Part shown: piece after piece, positions 1 to 8,590 of the stretch
Layout of the letters: every line of letters begins with the position of its first letter
How positions within the stretch are numbered: the first letter of the stretch is position 1
From: Phycisphaerae bacterium
Lineage (GTDB): Bacteria > Planctomycetota > Phycisphaerae > UBA1845 > CAIVHJ01
Length of the DNA stretch: 64,000 bases
Assembly (NCBI GenBank): GCA_022072405.1
Contig: JAJVHX010000012.1
Coordinates: 23,807-87,806, forward strand
Reading direction: 5' to 3'
The notes under the pieces: model-generated
The model's input: the letters and a program-made list of their open reading frames with translations, nothing else
The model's database searches: none
Told to the model about the DNA's origin: nothing
Translations under genes and position numbers: made by a program

Positions 1-2015
1 AGAGCCTGTGGTAATTGCTGCTGTTCGAGCAGAATCTTGGCGAGCAGATAACGGGCCTGGTAACCGGCAGGATCGCGCTCCAGTACCTGGAGCAATTCGG
101 CCTCGGCGTCGGCGGTAGAACCCTGGCCGTAGTAACCCATCGCCAGGTTATAGCGGGCGATCAGATCGTCGGGATGCCATTTCAGCAGCGCGGTATAACG
201 GTCGATGGCGGCGTTGAAGTGTCCCTGTTGCAGCTCGATTTCGCCAAGGGCGTTGAGCGCTTCGATATCGTAACCGCGACTCACCTGCACCGCGCGTTCA
301 AAGAGGGGTATGGCTTTTTCCGGTCGGTCATTGCGCCAGTAGAGTCGGGCCAGTTGCTTCAGTGCCGGCGTATATTCCGGAGCGACCTCGAGGGCTTTTT
401 TTAACTGCTGCTGTGCTTCCGCCGGCCGATTTTCCTGGCGATAGATGCCGGCGAGATTTTCGTAGCTCCGGACATATTTAGGTTCGCGGGCGATAGCAGC
501 TTGAATATCAGCTTCAGCCCCAGCGACATCGTGTGATAACTGGTAACGGCAGAGTGCCCGCAGATTGATCGCTCGGAAATAGGCAGTATCGTTATCGCTG
601 TGGCGACGCAATTCTTCGCTGGTCAGTTCGAAAGCTCGTTGCAGATCACCCTCTTCGTAATAATCCCAAGCCAGTGATGTGAGCAGTGTAGGGTGGTCGG
701 GGGCGATTTCCAGCATCCGCTCAGCCCGGGCCCGATCGTTGTGATAGTAGTTGCTGACCTGGCGGCTCACCCAGGCAGCCGCAACCAGCGGAATCACCAG
801 CAGCAGGATGCTAATCCGTGTGCCATTCGGCATCCTGGTGATCGTATTATTCAAAGCGCCGCGGGCTTCAGCCCGAGCGATTCTGATCCGGTGAGTGAGT
901 CCGCTCAGTGCGACGATCACGATCCAGTGAAAACCAACGATCGGCAGATAAACATAGCGATCCGCCACCATCAGGTTGCGTGACGGCCCCAGTAGGGGCA
1001 GGGTGGCAACGATAGTGGCGCCGAACCACCACAAACCCAGTAAACCGACCCGGTTTCGTTTCCAGGTCCAGAGCGCCGCAACGACAACCACGCAGCAGAT
1101 AGCGGCCGACCACCAGACGGCGGTATCGCTCCATAACACCAGCTTCGGCGGGGGATAATAAGGTGATAATCCGCTGGGCCAGACATAGTGTTGCACATAC
1201 CAGGCCAGCGCCATGATCGAGCGGGCGATATTGGAACCCAAAAGCTGCTGTTCCGCGCCTTCAAACATCCGGCTTTCGCGCGTGGTGTAAATATTCAGCA
1301 ACGCAAAGGCGAACGCAATGAGCAGATGTCTGCTCCACCAACTCCACCAGCGCCACGTGGGTCGAAACCGGCGCCACATCGGAATGATCAACAGCAATAA
1401 CGGCAGGCCGATCTGCACCTTGCTGAGCATGGCCAATAGTGCAGTAAATAGTGCCATGACGAAATATCGTAAAGAGCGCTGCGTATTATTGGAGGTCTTC
1501 AGCCGTTCGGTACCGATATCAAACAGAATGACGGTTAGTATTGAAAATAACGCGCTCATCATCATCATCCGGCCATTGAGCCAGGCATAACCTTCCACTG
1601 CGAGAGGATGAACTGCAAAAAATAGTGCACCCACCAGCGCGGACCAGGAGGGGTATACAGAGGCACTCTCACGAGGCAGTAACCAGCGGCGTAACAACCA
1701 CCAGACCAGCAAAGTGTTGATCAGGTGAATCACTACATTGGTGAAATGGAGCCAGAACAGTTGCCCGCCATGAATCGCGAACTCCAGCTGGAAAGTGAGC
1801 AGGGGCAACGGTTGGTAGAGGTCGCGATGGATGATGTAAAATAGTTTGAGGGTGTGATCGAATGAGGGGTGGTTGACCAGGGCATGGCTGAAGATCAGCT
1901 GGTCGTCATCGCCGCTGCGGGATCGTTGAGCATCCAGTGTTGGATAACCGACTGTAAAAACAGAAGTTATGATTATCAGCCAGGAGAACAGCAATTCGAT
2001 TCGTCTGGTTTTCAA
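1..2015 (-). CDS. TPR-repeat polytopic membrane protein, TMTC/DUF1736-like (GT-C type glycosyltransferase-like); 3' end lies beyond the window
   Basis: Absent from the ORF track because it has no stop in the window. My reverse-complement read, in the frame of codon 164-162, stays open from the left edge up to a TAA at 2057-2055. The first start candidate is TTG at 2015 (MKTRRIELLFSWLIIITSVF...). The N-terminal half is hydrophobic (...HRDLYQPLPLLTFQLEFAIHGGQLFWLHFTNVVIHLINTLLVWWLLRRW...) and resembles 6205..8388. The C-terminal half is TPR-like (...IARYNLAMGYYGQGSTADAEAELLQVLERDPAGYQ...). Confidence 0.7.
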   Translation of the reverse strand, partial: MKTRRIELLFSWLIIITSVFTVGYPTLDAQRSRSGDDDQLIFSHALVNHPSFDHTLKLFYIIHRDLYQPLPLLTFQLEFAIHGGQLFWLHFTNVVIHLINTLLVWWLLRRWLLPRESASVYPSWSALVGALFFAVHPLAVEGYAWLNGRMMMMSALFSILTVILFDIGTERLKTSNNTQRSLRYFVMALFTALLAMLSKVQIGLPLLLLIIPMWRRFRPTWRWWSWWSRHLLIAFAFALLNIYTTRESRMFEGAEQQLLGSNIARSIMALAWYVQHYVWPSGLSPYYPPPKLVLWSDTAVWWSAAICCVVVVAALWTWKRNRVGLLGLWWFGATIVATLPLLGPSRNLMVADRYVYLPIVGFHWIVIVALSGLTHRIRIARAEARGALNNTITRMPNGTRISILLLVIPLVAAAWVSRQVSNYYHNDRARAERMLEIAPDHPTLLTSLAWDYYEEGDLQRAFELTSEELRRHSDNDTAYFRAINLRALCRYQLSHDVAGAEADIQAAIAREPKYVRSYENLAGIYRQENRPAEAQQQLKKALEVAPEYTPALKQLARLYWRNDRPEKAIPLFERAVQVSRGYDIEALNALGEIELQQGHFNAAIDRYTALLKWHPDDLIARYNLAMGYYGQGSTADAEAELLQVLERDPAGYQARYLLAKILLEQQQLPQA

Positions 2016-2225
2016 TCTGGCAATTCCGGCGTGGGGCGAAGCGCGATTACTACGTTATGCAGTTGTAAATAATAGCAGGCCTTATGGTTAGCTGCGGAAA
2101 CCTTTGATTGATGGCAGACCAACCGGTTCCAAAGAGCAGTTACAATTGTAATCGTCACTGGACGAATATGCCAGGTAAACTGTGTTTCGAGAGCTGTTAA
2201 TAAATTCAGTCATACTTGGCGGGGT

Positions 2226-4601
2226 ATGGGGTACAATAACGCAGACGTGGCAGAACACATTGTGACATCATCACCACCCGGATTGAGCGCCGCCGGCAGC
2301 GGATTAGGTATGCCTGATCTGGTCGGCAAGCGGCTGGGGGATTTCGAACTGCTGCGGCCCATTGGCCGGGGCGGCATGGGGATGGTCTATGAAGCCCGGC
2401 AACTGTCGCTGAATCGACGGGTGGCGCTGAAGGTTTTATCGGCGGGACTGCTAGCCAGTGAGAGCACCATCATCCGCTTTCAACGCGAAGCCCAGGCGGC
2501 TGCCAAGCTGAAGCATGATCATATCGTGCCGATATATGCGCAGGATGAGTGCGAGGGATTGTATTACTACGCGATGGAGCTGATCGAGGGTCGGCCGCTC
2601 AGTCAGGTCATCAGTGCGCTGCGTCATGCGGATAGTCGAATCAGCCCGGCGATCAGCCCGACCCAGACCTTGCCGCGCTCGGAACCATTGGCGGAGACCG
2701 TCGCACTGCCCCGCGCTCCGGTTGTGCGCCCCAGTACGATAGCGAAACCGGCCGCGGCAGAGGTGACCGTGCCCCTGTCGCCGGCGAATGATCATTACCG
2801 GCAGATTACCCGACGCATCGCCGAAGTGGCGGAAGCGCTCCACTATGCCCATCAGCAGGGCGTGATTCATCGCGATATCAAGCCCCACAATCTGCTGCAG
2901 GATCAAAGCGGCCGATTGCGTATCACTGATTTCGGCCTGTCGCGGATGATCAGTGAGCCGGGTGTGACCATGACGGGTGAGTTCATCGGCTCACCATCCT
3001 ACATGTCGCCGGAACAGATTCGCGGTCCACGCCAAAGCACCGATCCGCGCAGTGATGTTTATTCGCTGGGGGCGACACTGTACGAGTGGTTGACCTTGCG
3101 GGTGCCTCACCCGGGAGAATCACCGGAAGAAATCATTGCTCATATTGCGACGCAGGAGGTATTACCCCCGCGTGCTTTGAATCGAACTATCCCGCACGAT
3201 CTGGAGACGATCTGTCTGAAGGCGCTGGCCCGCGAACGGGAACAGCGCTATCTGTCGGCGGGAGAGCTGGCGGCTGATCTGCGACGCTACCTGGAGGGTT
3301 ATCCGATACTGGCCCGGCGGGCGGGGACCATGGAACGACTGGGTAAACTGCTGATGCGACATCGTCTGGCCGTGACGGCGGCGGCGGTAGTGGTGACGCT
3401 GTGCGTGGTGCTGGCGGCGCTGCTCAAGCAATCATTGCGAACCCAGCAGATGGCTTCCCAGAGCGGCACAGCCCTGGTCAGCGTCACTGCCGAGCGTGAT
3501 ACGCTGAAGAAGGAAACAGAACAACTTCGTGAACAGCTTGACCTGCTAAAGATGATCGCCATGAGTCCGGAACAGATCGGTGCCCCGCTGCTGGAGAGTG
3601 CTCCGAAAGTGTTGCAGCAACTGGATCAGTTGAGTCGAAGCGGCAACCGGGCGAATGCGACTCAGCCTATACCGGCGATGGAGCAGGGTGTCACAGGTCT
3701 GTCGCGCGTGGCGGAATCGGCAACGGCGATGTTCAACCAGCTGCTGATGCTGCCGGAAGCGCCGCGACGTGAGGTGGTGCAGGGGGCGCTGGCCTTCGAC
3801 ACCACCCGGCGCTGGATCAGGATGCTGCCCACCACGCTCCAGAACCAGACGCCGACGAATCAGCAGGTGGCGGAGGATTACTGGCTGGCCATCAGCGTGC
3901 GCGATCCGGTGCAGAAGCTGAAGTACCTTGACCAGGCTTTGCAGAAAGATCCGCGTTTTACCCCGGCGTTGTATATGCGCTGCCTGCTTTGCTGTGCGGA
4001 GCGGAATTATAAGGACATGCTGGCCGATGCGGAGTTGCTGGTGCGATTAGATGCGCCGTCGATCGATGCCCTGGGACTCTGTGCCAGTGCCCGGTTGTTG
4101 AACGATCAGCCGCGCGAAGCGCTGCGGTTGCTGGAAAATCGACGGGTGGAAGTGGGCCAGGATCACTGGCTGCAGGCCCTTCGCGGACTGTCGCTCTTAC
4201 TTCTGGGCGATCCGAGTGCGGCTCGAACGAGTCTGGAGGAGGTGCGTCGGGAGCATCCGGAACTGGTGCTGGCGGCCATCGGGCTGGCGCAAGCCTGCAT
4301 CGAGCAGGGGCTGGCGCAACAGGCCCTCACGCACGCCAACGCCGCCGTCGAGAGCGACGCCATCAACGGGTACGCCTATCTGATGCGCGGCCTGACCCGC
4401 GATCAACTGCTGGATTACAGCGGAGCGAATGAAGATTACTCCAAATCCATCGAATTGGGGATTACTTCCCGTTTTGTGCTGGGACGGAAATATCAAGCCC
4501 TGGAAAACCTGCGGACCCTTCAGCCCGCCACCGAGTCAACCGACTCACTGGATCAACTCCTGCCGGATAATCCGCTGCAGAAACCCAACGACGCCTCCTG
4601 A
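2226..4601 (+). CDS. Ser/Thr protein kinase with a central TM segment and a C-terminal TPR-like domain
   Basis: 791-aa ORF. Hanks kinase motifs are present: GRGGMGMVYEA...ALKVL, HRDIKPHNLL, ITDFGLSR, SPSYMSPEQ. A hydrophobic stretch follows (LAVTAAAVVVTLCVVLAALL), then helical-repeat sequence. Confidence 0.9.
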   Translation: MGYNNADVAEHIVTSSPPGLSAAGSGLGMPDLVGKRLGDFELLRPIGRGGMGMVYEARQLSLNRRVALKVLSAGLLASESTIIRFQREAQAAAKLKHDHIVPIYAQDECEGLYYYAMELIEGRPLSQVISALRHADSRISPAISPTQTLPRSEPLAETVALPRAPVVRPSTIAKPAAAEVTVPLSPANDHYRQITRRIAEVAEALHYAHQQGVIHRDIKPHNLLQDQSGRLRITDFGLSRMISEPGVTMTGEFIGSPSYMSPEQIRGPRQSTDPRSDVYSLGATLYEWLTLRVPHPGESPEEIIAHIATQEVLPPRALNRTIPHDLETICLKALAREREQRYLSAGELAADLRRYLEGYPILARRAGTMERLGKLLMRHRLAVTAAAVVVTLCVVLAALLKQSLRTQQMASQSGTALVSVTAERDTLKKETEQLREQLDLLKMIAMSPEQIGAPLLESAPKVLQQLDQLSRSGNRANATQPIPAMEQGVTGLSRVAESATAMFNQLLMLPEAPRREVVQGALAFDTTRRWIRMLPTTLQNQTPTNQQVAEDYWLAISVRDPVQKLKYLDQALQKDPRFTPALYMRCLLCCAERNYKDMLADAELLVRLDAPSIDALGLCASARLLNDQPREALRLLENRRVEVGQDHWLQALRGLSLLLLGDPSAARTSLEEVRREHPELVLAAIGLAQACIEQGLAQQALTHANAAVESDAINGYAYLMRGLTRDQLLDYSGANEDYSKSIELGITSRFVLGRKYQALENLRTLQPATESTDSLDQLLPDNPLQKPNDAS

Positions 4602-4718
4602 CGCACCATTTCACTTTCGGGCTATGAGCACTTAACTCCTGCGGTGCGTTAATTATTGAAACCAGCATCACGGAATAACTGCTAGCGATCTGATAAAGCA
4701 GATTTATTTTATTTGCAT

Positions 4719-4892
4719 CGGGTCGTCATGAGACACCTCTGTATCAGTCGTGGCCAAACACCGCACGGCTCACCGAGCCGTGGCACATCGGACGCATACC
4801 TTCAGGTACAGTCAAAATTAAACTGCGCTAAATAAGGTTTCACGATTATGGTGTCGCTTATATTCCGAGCCGCGACCGTGAGGGAGCGGTCC
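4719..4892. repeat. Composite intergenic repeat element, copy 1 (left module with CACGGCTC-ACC-GAGCCGTG hairpin, right module ending CCGAGCCGCGACCGTGAGGGAGCGGT)
   Basis: Aligns by eye along its length with 42611..42774. Shared blocks: cgggtcgtc[a/g]tg, ctgtatc, acggctcNNNgagccgtggcaca, taaat[a/t]aggttt[c/t]acgat, attccgagccgcgac[c/t]gt[g/a]agggagcggt. The left module also recurs at 46934..47000. Confidence 0.7.
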
Positions 4893-4938
4893 AAACACTC
4901 CGGGATCCCCCAATCACTCCCTTGCGGTCGCGGCTCGG
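4865..4938. repeat. Inverted pair of the 24-nt repeat core (potential long hairpin)
   Basis: The arm ccgagccgcgaccgtgagggagcg (4865-4888) pairs with cactcccttgcggtcgcggctcgg (4915-4938, reverse complement ccgagccgcgaccgcaagggagtg). The arms are separated by 26 nt. The element sits just downstream of the stop of the minus-strand gene ending at 4961. Confidence 0.7.
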
Positions 4939-4960
4939 TGATGAGTTTTGCAATAGCGCC

Positions 4961-6130
4961 TTAGAGAGCGGGGCGGGGACGAAACGGGCCGGTTCGGGGA
5001 CGATGATTGGCGAGTGGTGGACTGGTGTGCATTGCGGCCAGAGGTTGGGCGAGCGGGGTCCAGCGGCCGGGAAGACGGGTTGAGCAGTTGAGGCAACAGC
5101 CTTCGCGCAGTTCGTTGGCCAATATTTCAAATCCCCAGCGCTGGATCAGGCAGGTGTCACACTTCGGGCAGTAGGTGTTTTCCGTGTGATTGACCTGGCC
5201 GGGGAGATTGCCGGCATAAACGTATCGCAGCCCGGCGGCTCGGCCCAGCTCATACGCTCGGAGGAGCGTTTCGGCCGCGGTTCGCGGAGGTTCCTGCATC
5301 TGATAATCGGGATGGAAAGCGGTGACGTGCCAGGGAATATCAACGCTGACGCCGGCGATGAAGTCGGCGATCTGCCGTAATTCGGCGGGGCTGTCGTTGA
5401 GGCCGGGCACGATCAGGGTCACAATTTCGACCCAGAAATCCATTTGATGAAGACGCCGGATAGTGTCGAGCACGTTGGGCAACACGCCGCCGAGCTCGCG
5501 ATACGTACGATCATTGAAGGCTTTGAGATCGACCTTGTAGAGATCGACCCAGGGGCGGATGAATTCCAGCACTTCGGGAGTGGCGTGGCCGTTGCTGACG
5601 AAGCCGCAGACGATGCCGTGCTCTCGCGCCAAGCGGAATACCTCGACCGCCCATTCAACGGTGATCAGCGGTTCGTTATAGGTGCTGACCATCACCGGAG
5701 CCTGGTGACGCAGAGCCAGTTCAACCAGTTCGACCGGTTTGACGCTGCTGATGCGAGCCACCGCGCGATCATCCCGCAGGGCCTGACTGGTAACCCAGTT
5801 CTGGCAATAGTCACAGTGCAGGTCGCAGCCCATCATACCGAAGGACAAGGCCTCACTGCCGGGGAAGACATGATAGAAAGGTTTTTTCTCGATGGGGTCA
5901 ACCTGGAGTGCGGCGACATAATGGGCGGGCACCTGCAGCACACCGTCGCGGTTGAAGCGCACATGACAGACGCCATGACGACCTTCCGGCAGAAAGCAGC
6001 GATGACCGCAGGCCAGACAACGCAGCGCCTGCGGATGATCAGTCGTGGGGGCGGGATGCACCACAGCGGGGTCGCCCGACACCGTATGGCGATTCAGCAA
6101 CTGGCGGAGTGGTGTATCTTTGGTACGCAT
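4961..6130 (-). CDS. Radical SAM enzyme, AmmeMemoRadiSam-system / PFL-activase-like type
   Basis: 389-aa ORF. N-terminal Cys cluster CLACGHRC...GVCHVR, DPIEKKPFYHVFPGSEALSFG, and the canonical CxxxCxxC motif (GCDLHCDYCQNW). Confidence 0.8.
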   Translation of the reverse strand: MRTKDTPLRQLLNRHTVSGDPAVVHPAPTTDHPQALRCLACGHRCFLPEGRHGVCHVRFNRDGVLQVPAHYVAALQVDPIEKKPFYHVFPGSEALSFGMMGCDLHCDYCQNWVTSQALRDDRAVARISSVKPVELVELALRHQAPVMVSTYNEPLITVEWAVEVFRLAREHGIVCGFVSNGHATPEVLEFIRPWVDLYKVDLKAFNDRTYRELGGVLPNVLDTIRRLHQMDFWVEIVTLIVPGLNDSPAELRQIADFIAGVSVDIPWHVTAFHPDYQMQEPPRTAAETLLRAYELGRAAGLRYVYAGNLPGQVNHTENTYCPKCDTCLIQRWGFEILANELREGCCLNCSTRLPGRWTPLAQPLAAMHTSPPLANHRPRTGPFRPRPAL

Positions 6131-6204
6131 CAGGGATCATTCGCGGACGTGAAACTCAACCCGGCCACCACTCAATTATACCGCATAAAAATCAGCAGCG
6201 CGAA

Positions 6205-8388
6205 TTAATCCCGTTGATTCTGGCGGAAATAGTCGGCCCGCTGCAAAATGGCGGCCCGGCGGGGGTCATCTTTGGGTAATTCCTGAGTCAGTTTTTCCAG
6301 CAGTATAGCGGCTACAGCATATTGGCCATTTCGCCCAAGGGCCTCAGCCTGATTGAGCTGCAAGCGGAGCAGCGTGTCGGGATCGGCATGATTATCTGAG
6401 GCGAGTTTAACAGCTTGGCTGGCGAGGGCTACCGCTCGCGGGGCGTCAAATTCAGCCTGATCGGGGTCCATGAGTAGGACGGAAAGATTGGTCAGCGTTT
6501 CCCAATCTTCAGGCCACCGCACGAGCATCTGCTCGTAACAATGTATCGCGGCGCTGGTTTTCTGCCGGGCAGCCAGAGTATAGGCCAGCCCGGACCAGGC
6601 CCAGGGCTGATCGGGGAACTGCCGGCTAGCCAGAGTATAGGCCTGCTCTGCTTCCGCTAGATCGGTCTGCTCAGCCAGTCCGGCCCACTTCTGCAACGCG
6701 GTCGCATCGGTGGGGTGTTGAAGGGCATATCGCCGGGCGGTGACTAAAGCAGCCAGCGGATCGATTCCGGCCTGATGGGCGCGGGCCTGGAGCAGCCATT
6801 GGCGAACCTGCGTATGATGCGGGGCGAGCGTAGCGGCCCGTTCGAGAGCGGTCATTGCCGCGGGCCAATCCTGCGCTTCCAGATGAATTTCACCCAGTCG
6901 CGCCCAATAATCCGGATGGTTTGGAATGATGGCAAGTGCTTCGTTGAGCAGTTCAGCAGCGGAGTTGTAACGGTTTGCCCGGCGTTCCAGATCCGCAACC
7001 ATATAGAGCAGATGAGCACTGCGCGACCCAGACGACATGGCGGCGAGGTCCGTGCGAAAAAGCGTTTCATTATTCCGCCAGGCGGGGTTGCGCTGCGTGG
7101 TCTTCCAGCTCAGTCCGATTATCCAGAGCACGGTTAATACAAAAATCAGCGGTTGGAGTTGCTTCGCGCGGGCAGAAGCCCGTGGCTCATTGTTTTGGGA
7201 ATAAAATTTTTGAGTACAACATTGCATACACAATCCGAGCAGGGCGGCAATCCAGATGGAAGCGAGAAAAATCCGTCGTTCGGCGAAGATGGCTTCGAGC
7301 AAAACGAACACCTGGCTGGCAAGCAGGTAGCTGAAGATAAAAAAGAGGAGCAGCAGCAGCCGGGTTCCGGATTGATTCCAGGAACGTTTAATAACCCAGG
7401 CGGCTAAGAATAATGCGGTGCTTCCGAGGATGAAAAAAATTTCCAGCGGTGAGTGGATCGGCAGGAGTACGTTGGCGGAATAATCGCAGAGCAACCGACT
7501 GGGCCAGATCAGCATAACCAGGTAGCGTCCCAGGAGCGCGAGTGGAGTCAGCCAGCGTTGCAGCGCGGCGGCCCCGCGGAGCGGATTGCCCGGCCCGACG
7601 CGATCTTCCTGCAGTACCAATTGCTGACCACAGACGTAGTAACGGGCGGCGAGGTAGAGAAGAAAAATGATCAGGAGCGGAATCAGATTGAGGAACATCC
7701 GCCGCCAGCGCGCGCGTCGCTCATCGGCGCAAGCCACAGGCACTGTCCACCAGTGCCAGAGGGCGATCATGGGTATCACGGCCGCGCCGCCTTCCTTGCT
7801 GAATATGGCGACGAAACAGAATCCCAGCGTGACCAGTCCCCAACGCCAGGCCGATTGTGCGGGCAGCAGTTGTTGTCGAAGCCAGTGATCGTAGGACCAT
7901 ATCGTTCCCAGCACGCCGCCGGCGCTGAGCAACTCGGCAAGACCCACGCCGTTGGCGACCACTTCCGTGTGGATCGGATGGACCGCAAACCAGAGTGTCG
8001 CACCCAGCGCGGCCCAGCCGCCCGCACCCACTCGCCGCACCAGCCACCAGACGCCGAGGCTCAGTCCGGCCATCAACAGCGTATTGAGTAAATGGAAAGG
8101 TAAGTGGTTTTGGCCGAAGAGCCGAAGCTGCCAGGCAAAGAGTTGTACGGTGAGCGGGCGGTAGAGCACGTCGACAATCTGGCCATGGCCTTCTCGCGGC
8201 CAATAGGGCTCGACCCACGCCCGCCACCAGGGTTGCTCTGGGCTGATCACTGGATTGTGGAGGATGATCGACTGATCGTCGTAGGTAAAGCCATTACCCA
8301 GCGAATTGGCGTATACACCCAGCACCGCCAATACGATCAGCAGCGGCGATAGATTTCGGGTCAGGGGATTGGGGGTGGTGGTGGGCAT
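6205..8388 (-). CDS. TPR-repeat polytopic membrane protein, TMTC/DUF1736-like (GT-C type glycosyltransferase-like)
   Basis: The track ORF 6205..8421 begins at a TTG; the ATG at 8388 (MPTTTPNPL...) is more likely. The N-terminal ~430 aa hold many hydrophobic segments (GNGFTYDDQSIILHNP..., LYRPLTVQLFAWQLRLFG, HLLNTLLMAGLSLGVWWLV). The C-terminal ~300 aa are TPR-like. It is a paralog of 1..2015. Confidence 0.8.
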   Translation of the reverse strand: MPTTTPNPLTRNLSPLLIVLAVLGVYANSLGNGFTYDDQSIILHNPVISPEQPWWRAWVEPYWPREGHGQIVDVLYRPLTVQLFAWQLRLFGQNHLPFHLLNTLLMAGLSLGVWWLVRRVGAGGWAALGATLWFAVHPIHTEVVANGVGLAELLSAGGVLGTIWSYDHWLRQQLLPAQSAWRWGLVTLGFCFVAIFSKEGGAAVIPMIALWHWWTVPVACADERRARWRRMFLNLIPLLIIFLLYLAARYYVCGQQLVLQEDRVGPGNPLRGAAALQRWLTPLALLGRYLVMLIWPSRLLCDYSANVLLPIHSPLEIFFILGSTALFLAAWVIKRSWNQSGTRLLLLLFFIFSYLLASQVFVLLEAIFAERRIFLASIWIAALLGLCMQCCTQKFYSQNNEPRASARAKQLQPLIFVLTVLWIIGLSWKTTQRNPAWRNNETLFRTDLAAMSSGSRSAHLLYMVADLERRANRYNSAAELLNEALAIIPNHPDYWARLGEIHLEAQDWPAAMTALERAATLAPHHTQVRQWLLQARAHQAGIDPLAALVTARRYALQHPTDATALQKWAGLAEQTDLAEAEQAYTLASRQFPDQPWAWSGLAYTLAARQKTSAAIHCYEQMLVRWPEDWETLTNLSVLLMDPDQAEFDAPRAVALASQAVKLASDNHADPDTLLRLQLNQAEALGRNGQYAVAAILLEKLTQELPKDDPRRAAILQRADYFRQNQRD

Positions 8389-8466
8389 CGGTCTATTGAT
8401 GTTTGAATAACAAAAAAACAAGGAAAATATTACTGCATACAGGTTTTGTTCTGTTTTTTCGACCTC

Positions 8467-8487
8467 GCGCGGCTTGAAGCCCGCGGC
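8467..8487. repeat. Short GC-rich palindromic repeat (family 2), gcgcggcttgaagcccgcggc
   Basis: 19/21 identical to gcgcggattgaagtccgcggc at 21015..21035. Both copies are intergenic. Confidence 0.5.
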
Positions 8488-8590
8488 TCTTTGGAATTTA
8501 TAAGAACTATTCTAGAATGTTCTGAAGATCAGTCGGAGAAAATCATATCTCCTTTTTGCGAAATTGTGGACCTCGACAAGGAAACAGACC

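Noticed and set aside
15-404. 129-aa plus-strand ORF at the left edge
   Set aside because: The reverse strand reads as clean TPR repeats continuous with a ~670-codon ORF (1..2015). The plus-strand ORF is its shadow.
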